NCBI GenBank assembly: GCA_043228905.1 | Contig: JBHGNT010000873.1 | Coordinates: forward strand, 1 to 14,380 | DNA length: 14,380 bases | From: Azolla caroliniana | Taxonomy: Eukaryota; Plantae; Polypodiophyta | Direction: 5' to 3' | In this document: positions 7,813-14,380 of the stretch, piece after piece | How the letters are laid out: the number at the start of each line of letters is the position of its first letter | Numbering within the stretch: position 1 is the stretch's first letter | Notes under the pieces: generated by a model | What the model was told of the DNA's origin: nothing | What the model saw: only the letters and a program-made list of their open reading frames with translations | Databases searched by the model: none | Program-made: the position numbers and the translations under genes

Positions 7813-8429
7813 TAAGTTCTTACATAGGTTTTTGTCCCCAAACAGAGACTTTTAGTAGAGAGTTCAATTTTCAAGGAGAGTTCAATCTGGGTTTGGTTCC
7901 TCATCCAAGAGAGCACGAACATTGACAGTTTCGGGTTAGGAGTGCTTTAGGAACCAATGTTGATTGGATGATTTGGTCAATCAAATGCAGTTTACGTAGA
8001 CTGGTGTGTCGAGTAGCAGTGGTCAAGAGTCGATATTGATGGTTGGTTAGGCCTGTCATGAGCAACATCGTGTTGCATCTTGCGATGAACATGGGAGTCC
8101 AATTTGAGTGCATTTAATGCCATCATTAAGTTGTCATTATTGTCACTAATGGCATTATTCACTCAAATTGTCGAGGTTCCCTTGTATGCGCCTTCAATGA
8201 TGATAATCATGAACATTCACATTGGCTTGACGTGGGTTCTTTTAGTGGCTACTATAAGAGCTCAAATCTGTGAGAAATGGGAAACTAGTGTAATAGGGCA
8301 CTCAAATATTTGTGATGAGTGTGTTTATCATCTTCGAATGAATTGCATCAAAAGAATTGACCTTCTAATTTATCGTAACAACAATGAATGTTTTGTGTTT
8401 CTCTTATGAGGGTTTCTATCATAATAGTA

Positions 8430-9000
8430 TCACTAATTTGTCAACGGGACATCAGTTTGACAAATGTCATTCAAACAAACATAAGACATCTAGATGAAAT
8501 AAGTATTGTGCTTGGAATGGAGGGGTTTGGCTAGGTCTATAATTTTGCCTATCTCTTCATTCCACCCAACTATTATTATATGTGTTGACACAATAACCTA
8601 AAAGGGTTTGTTCCGAACTGTGGTATCTCTATTTGCCACCAACAAATAACGGATCAACAATGAAATTAGATATCCCCCCCTATTGATTTAGTAATCAAAT
8701 AAAGATAATGACCAAAATAGTTACGACAACTAGTTTCCCATCTTTTGAAATTTCCAAATCGGTGGAAAACCATGTGGGATATGTTATTCGGATTAATACC
8801 AAAAGGTCCTCTTTTTCTAGGGGAAATGTTGAATATGTACAACTCACTAACTATTAAGGGGCGAAACACCGACCCGTTTTATACACAATTGTAGGTCATT
8901 TTGTCGTCAGTTCCTATATATAATGTCATCTACGCATGTCATAAATAAAATGTCCACATCTCATTTCTATTTGATATGAAAAGGAGAAATAGATCTCGCA
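8430..9000 (-). pseudogene. Possible very degenerate L1 ORF1 (DUF4283-like region and zinc knuckle)
   Basis: YLYLITKSIGGDI (ORF 8666..8869) resembles LxxIAxxIGxxL. A downstream broken C..HLSN*CP near 8445-8490 resembles the CX2CX4HX4C knuckle. Confidence 0.28.
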
Positions 9001-9489
9001 AGTGGATTGGTTGGAAATCGATCAAACTTAGAAACATGTTGATGTGTTGAATGAATAATCTACCCAATGCTACATATGATTCGGATTGTGTCAGGAACCC
9101 AAGTGTAAAGAGTATTGTATATTCCTCTTAAGCAACAAAGAATGTCTACCATTTTGAAGACATGCATCCTAGCATGCTTTTTAAGATGAAACTTGTGTCA
9201 ACATGAATAACCTAATCAAGTTACATCAATCTATTCTACGACAGGTATCACCTTGTATGATAAGAAAAAGATTGATGCATCAATGAACATTCATTTATCC
9301 CACCTTGTCGGGGTATCCCAAAGTCCAACAACTGATGTGACATCTGTTTTGGGTAGGTCAACTATAAGGGTGTCAACATCTAGGGGTGCGGTTTTGGGCT
9401 CGAGTGGGTTAGGGTTCCAAACTAAGAATTCCAATTGAAGACCATCTATGGTTGAGAAGTATACCAATTAAGTACTCAATGCCACCATA

Positions 9490-9705
9490 CACTTGCTTGA
9501 GTCACACCAATCTTGTATGAGAATACATTATTCTAATAGGGTTAGATCACAAACATTTCTAAGGTCTCGATGTGAGCCTTATAAGTAATAGGAATGGTGA
9601 CTCAATACATAAGAAACCCTACACACTGGAAAATGGTGGCACTTGCTTGAGTCACGCCAATATTGTTTGTGGGTACATGATTATGATAGGGTTATCACAA
9701 GCATT
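9490..9705. mobile_element. MITE-like element (about 9490-9613) plus a second truncated direct copy (9640-9705)
   Basis: cacttgcttgagtcac(a/g)ccaat..atagggtta..tcacaa(a/g)catt occurs at 9490-9557 and 9640-9705. ggaatggtgactcaa (9591-9605) is an imperfect reverse complement of the left end. Confidence 0.5.
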
Positions 9706-9879
9706 GCTTACACGTTGAAGTTGGAATTGTTGTTCTCCTTATATATCCCCCTTCTCTAAAAATTTGACAAATTATTTATGCCCAAGGTTGAGTGCCTATG
9801 CATATACCTTTTAAAAGGTAAAATCTTCTAACCACCATATGATCTTCTAAATTTAGTCATGTGGCTCCCTCTAAACATT

Positions 9880-10890
9880 CAAAATCTATTGTGGTTCAGC
9901 CAACAATTGCCACAATAATGATTGAAATCGTTTAATTGGTGACCCCATGAGTATAGAAAAGACAATAAATCTTTGGCAACATAGGTGTTGGTAACCTTGA
10001 GGATATTCCATTGGGATGGAAAAGAATGTTTCAAGTCACAATTCAATGGAATGGCAAGGCTTGGCATAGTAACTAGAAGATGTTGTCTCAGAGTCACTGA
10101 GGAAAACGATGACATTTCAAATAGTTCGAAGTAAGTTTCACATGTCACATGGATATGAGTATATTTGATAATCAATATTGGCATTCCTAGTGTAGATTTC
10201 TTGTTTCCATAGTTGATGGACAAGAAACTATGGAAAGATTTTTCATCTAGTAATAAAACATTGATATTTATGGTGCATACACATGATGTATACCATAGGT
10301 TAGTTGAAGATAGAGCTTGATTAGCAAATAAGATTTTGGATACATGGCACATTACCCGATGTGTAATTGACGGTGTTGAATTTTAGATGCAATATGACAT
10401 TCTCATCTTCCATTTCATACAAAGGTGTTTCTTTGGTGTGTGGTGGCCAGTGGTTTCCTTTAGTGATGACTTTAAAGTGAATACATATTTTGAATGAGAC
10501 ATGTTTTTCGGTACTCTAGTTTAAGGAAATGGCAGACATAGGTTCATTACATGCCCGTTTGCTAAAACCATTTGGGTTGTTATATCACAATTTTGGGTTT
10601 TCATTTGTGGGGCTAGAGCTCTACCCACCCCATCATAACATGTGGTGTTTGACTACATTAGTATTGAGGGATGTGGTATAATTGAAGCATGAGAAATGGG
10701 TTCTTGTTTGATGGACTTCATGGGGTACCACAACTCCATAGGTTAAAAGGAAAGCTGATTTGGCAATTTTCACAACTATGTTGTATGGAGATGTTGTCAC
10801 AAGAAGAGGCATATTTATGTCATCTCTATCATGTTTACGAATGAAGTAGTTGAGATAGCAAGGGTTCTATTGTCATTTAATTTAATAAAC
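9880..10890 (+). pseudogene. L1-clade LINE ORF2 C-terminal (zf-RVT/CCHC) relic and 3' end; outer boundaries approximate
   Basis: LDAI*HSHLPFHTKVFLWCVVASG (from 10383) and TCF../RHRFITCPFAKTIW (10534-10575) match the plant L1 motifs PxKxKxFLW and HxFxxCPxAxxIW. AATAAA near 10884. Confidence 0.78.
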
Positions 10891-11559
10891 ATGGATTTAG
10901 GGGGGGGGAAAGTAGTCCCAAAAGAAGAAGTATTAAAGTTTATACTTTCACTCTTATGATTCTTTTACGTTTTAGTTATTTACATATTTGGCTTTCTTTG
11001 ATGGCACCTTTTGCATAATCCATATTCCCTAGGGTTCTTTTAGAGAGATTTAATGTCAAACAAGTTCTCATTAACCTCCATTGTTATCCAAATATATCCA
11101 AGCGTGACATCCCTTCAATCTAGTGAGTGCATGCTATTGTTGGGTGCACTCACAATGATGGTAAGGGAGACTTATGGTTTTTGTCAAGTGGATATTGAGA
11201 GGTGAGTGAAAAATGAAGTCAAACTAGGTGCCACGACGCCATTATGTAATGATTGGGGTGCAAGCTTGTTGTGTCAATTTGGATGAGTAGAGGAAATTGG
11301 AGGCTTGGTTGATCTAGAATTTATTGTTGGTTAATCGAGATATAAGAGATGATGAGGGCTATACAGATTCTAGGATTTGAGATATGAATAACATGTCAAC
11401 CATGGTCTCGAAGTCCCAAAGATATGAGCATGGGGTAGTTGGGCTCAAATCAAGAGATTGATTAGGACCAGCATTGAGATCAAAAGCTAGGACTCATTTG
11501 GGTGTGTCGCAATTATGGTATTAATGTCCTTGGAACACCATATCTATCAAGAGGATGCA

Positions 11560-11960
11560 CAATCATTGTTGTCGAATGCTTGAATGGACCAGATCAAGTA
11601 CGTTGATATGCTCCTTCGTAGATTTTTCATCTTGTAGTGGGGGAACCAATGCCAATTAAATAAAAACACAAGGAGCATCGGTTGGGTTAGCAAGACTAGC
11701 CCATGGGCAATGGCATGGAATGGAAAGTATGTTGGGTTTGTGAGCATCGAGGACAGAGGAGACACCACGTTTTGTCGAAAGATTGGATCGTTGAATGGGA
11801 GGCACCACAACAATCGAAATGTGAGTGGCTCTGTAAGTGGGTCGACAATTTCATGGAACAAACCTCGACTCTTGTATGGATGGGACGTGCACCATTCTTT
11901 CATCTTATCAATGTAAAATTGTGGGTATGAGAATTGATTGACATTCAGTTCCCCTCGAAT
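11560..11960 (+). pseudogene. Second, more decayed LINE ORF2 C-terminal relic
   Basis: MGNGMEWKVCWVCEHRGQRRHHV...FFHLINVKLWV (ORF 11703..11930) resembles a CxxC..H knuckle and the downstream xxLWxIW motif. Confidence 0.35.
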
Positions 11961-12439
11961 GTTTGGATAATATTCAAACGGTCTAGAAATAGGGGATGAG
12001 TGTCATTGAAGTCAAATCACCATGGAATTGGTGTTATCCCATGATTGTGGAGATGAATTTGTGGAAATGGGCCTTCGTTTGTCCTATTCCAATTGAGCTA
12101 ACTAATATAATGATACTATAGTCGCTAACTCTAAGAGGTTAAAGCTAAATGGAGAGGTTAAGTTAATTACACAATCAAGGAACTCTAGGTTAGGAAGGGA
12201 GAGAGAGCTTTTGAAACAAAATTAGATATGAGAGGAAGTAGAAACGGTTATGCCTTTACTTTTATACTTCTCTTTTACATTTTCTTGGCGATTTACACAT
12301 TCAATCTCCCTCCTTTCCTAGTCTTCGGCTCTAAGGTTGCCACAGTCTAGTTGACTTTGTCTTGGACGAAAACATTTGTTCATGGTCCAATTGACCTCCC
12401 AATGTAGCAAATGTGCTCATTTGATGAGAAATGGGAATG

Positions 12440-13040
12440 AATATATTCCGAATGTAAATCAAAATGGTTAGAATGTAGATTTGTTCCGCCAATAGGTTGA
12501 TTCATCTTCTTTTGGCAATGGCTTTCTAGGTGGGAGATTTTTGTATTAAATGCATATTTTGTGAATGGTTATAAAGACTAATTGTTTAATCTAGTGTGAG
12601 CCATTCACCCCTAGTTAGAGATGGTTTTACATGGATCTAGGCCAATAATGAGTATCAAATGTGTGCATATTTGGAATAACAAATGGTATGAGGGGGTAAG
12701 CCTTAATAAACAAATGGAATGAGCCCGTTGTGAATTAAGTACAAGTACAATAGTGTCAACAAAGGAATAGCATGCATATGACAAGAATTGAGCAAAACAA
12801 ACCTTGTGAGCATGCAACCACAACATAAAAAGCAACAAAGTTAAATAGGCATTCGAATTGTCCAACCAATAACTAGAGAGATTTCTATACTTGTATGAAC
12901 TAGAGGAAGCATTTTTAAGAAAGGGGCAATGAGGGGGGCTTGAGGATGCCAAGAACATGGAATTGCTACACAAAATGTTTCTTCAAGAATGTGTTGTGAG
13001 TGGCAAAGTGGGATGGCATCTCCCGGAAAACTTTGGATTT
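12440..13040 (+). pseudogene. Possible L1 endonuclease C-terminus and linker relic
   Basis: Broken similarity to SRLD (aataggttgat, about 12491), SDHxP (gtgagccattcaccc, about 12596) and the linker W..GD..xKFF (about 13000-13035). Confidence 0.3.
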
Positions 13041-13517
13041 GCTACATGAAGTGGAGCGGTGTATGATGATCATTTTGGCAAGCAAGTATAAACATGCAAT
13101 ATGTAGTGACTTGGACCAGGGGGGCATTGTGTGATGGCAGGCCTAGCCATGTCCCCTTACATCATTCTTAAATGGAAATTTTCAAGCTTGATTTTGCGAG
13201 CCATATTGAAAAGTACAATGACAACATACTTGTAGACTTCTTGTTTGCATTTAGTGTTAACTACGATAGCGTGAGATTGTGAACACATCAATTACTCGAG
13301 AAAATGGCATAGCATATAATGTGCATCAAATCCTAAAAGAAATCAACATTGAATGGAAGCATTAAACATTACATATATAGTTTAACCATCATGTATGTTA
13401 ACTTGAAGAAAATGCTTTAAAAAAATATTTCTCGGCCATCACTTCAATAAAGTTTCCAAAGATTTCATTGATTCCAATTTCCAAGTATGTGACAATTTCA
13501 ATTTGTATTATGCTTCG

Positions 13518-13570
13518 TTCCCATATATATACATATATGTATTATGTATATATATATATATATATGGGAA
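13518..13570. repeat. 53-bp foldback with 14-bp perfect inverted arms around a TA-rich core
   Basis: TTCCCATATATATA (13518-13531) ... TATATATATGGGAA (13557-13570). Confidence 0.85.
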
Positions 13571-13787
13571 TAGTGTGCTTTGGTCTAATAATTACATTGA
13601 AAATTTTATAAATATGATTCATAAGCAAATTGATTTCTTGCAATTGAAAATGGTGTGATAGAAAGCATAGAAATTGACAATACATGTGCACACGAAAGAA
13701 ATTATCTCACGACTTCTTAGACACGACAATTAGTACATCCATAGAACCGAATGGCCCTAGTTTCCCCAACGAAGACGTCCTCAAAAT

Positions 13788-13807
13788 TATATATATATAT
13801 ATATATA
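13788..13807. repeat. (TA)10 microsatellite
   Basis: Perfect run read directly. Confidence 0.95.
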
Positions 13808-13925
13808 TGAATTAATATGGTTGGATAGGTGGATGAGTGGTGATATGATTTTAAATTGAAGCCCTTACAAACGTTAAAGATAGTACTCAATTTACATTAC
13901 ATTGGTTACCTATCGTGTAGGTTAC

Positions 13926-13949
13926 CTATCGAGACACGAAGAGCACGAT
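13926..13949 (-). CDS. Candidate 24-nt exon of the same putative host gene
   Basis: Minus strand: aatgac..aatttagcgcag|ATCGTGCTCTTCGTGTCTCGATAG|gtaacc. 50% GC with 3 CpGs in an AT-rich, CpG-poor context; good donor, weak polypyrimidine tract. Confidence 0.42.
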   Translation of the reverse strand: MVLFVSR

Positions 13950-14380
13950 CTGCGCTAAATTATATGTCATTGGTATGAAACTTGCTTTAAACATATATAT
14001 GGATTTGAATTTCAAAAGGAAGGTTGATATTATTTCAAGACTCGAGACATGCATGCGCAATGCACAAAACACGCAAAGGATGCGTAACCATATCTTATGG
14101 ACGTTGGTTATGCATCTTGGTATGCAAAAATCTATAAGAGTGCGTGTGGCATATGAATAAATGCATCTATATATCATTGTTGTGTATTCATGTTGGATTT
14201 AAGCTTAGCCACTTTGGCTCTAAGACATTTTAAAAATTGCATCGATTTGTGGACCATAATTATAAAGATTGTAAATCTGGCGTGGAGTGCACTGGAGATG
14301 CCCTTTAAATTGCTTTGGAGATTGTTTTCCATCCTTATGTTATGTAGCATCGATTGGGAACATGCAAAAATATTACTTCT

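Noticed and set aside
9879-10352. Longest ORF (157 aa, minus)
   Set aside because: Antisense to the decayed L1 ORF2 and has no protein motif.
1-14380. Novel RT-associated or defence-type system
   Set aside because: All RT, RNase H and integrase remnants belong to standard copia, gypsy or L1 classes and are pseudogenised. No operon structure, intact enzyme or structured ncRNA was found.

Overview
AT-rich, CpG-depleted land-plant nuclear DNA made almost entirely of decayed, nested transposable elements. A non-seed plant such as a fern is suggested by a Tcn1-like gypsy RNase H, but that is inference. From left to right: the 5' end of a Ty1/copia element (gag, Met-i PBS, 309-bp LTR; minus strand) inserted into the RNase H of a gypsy pol relic; a CACTA TnpD relic interrupted by a short poly(A) retroposed insert with a 15-bp TSD; further copia relics; an AACC-motif non-autonomous element with an internal minisatellite; several L1-type LINE relics; and microsatellites. 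No intact protein-coding ORF is present, and the supplied ORFs are TE remnants or spurious. The most interesting non-TE signal is three tiny minus-strand exon candidates (24, 24 and 14 nt) with canonical splice signals in the non-TE islands. They can be joined in one open frame, suggesting the window may be the TE-filled introns of a microexon-rich host gene. I see no evidence for a novel prokaryote-type system.
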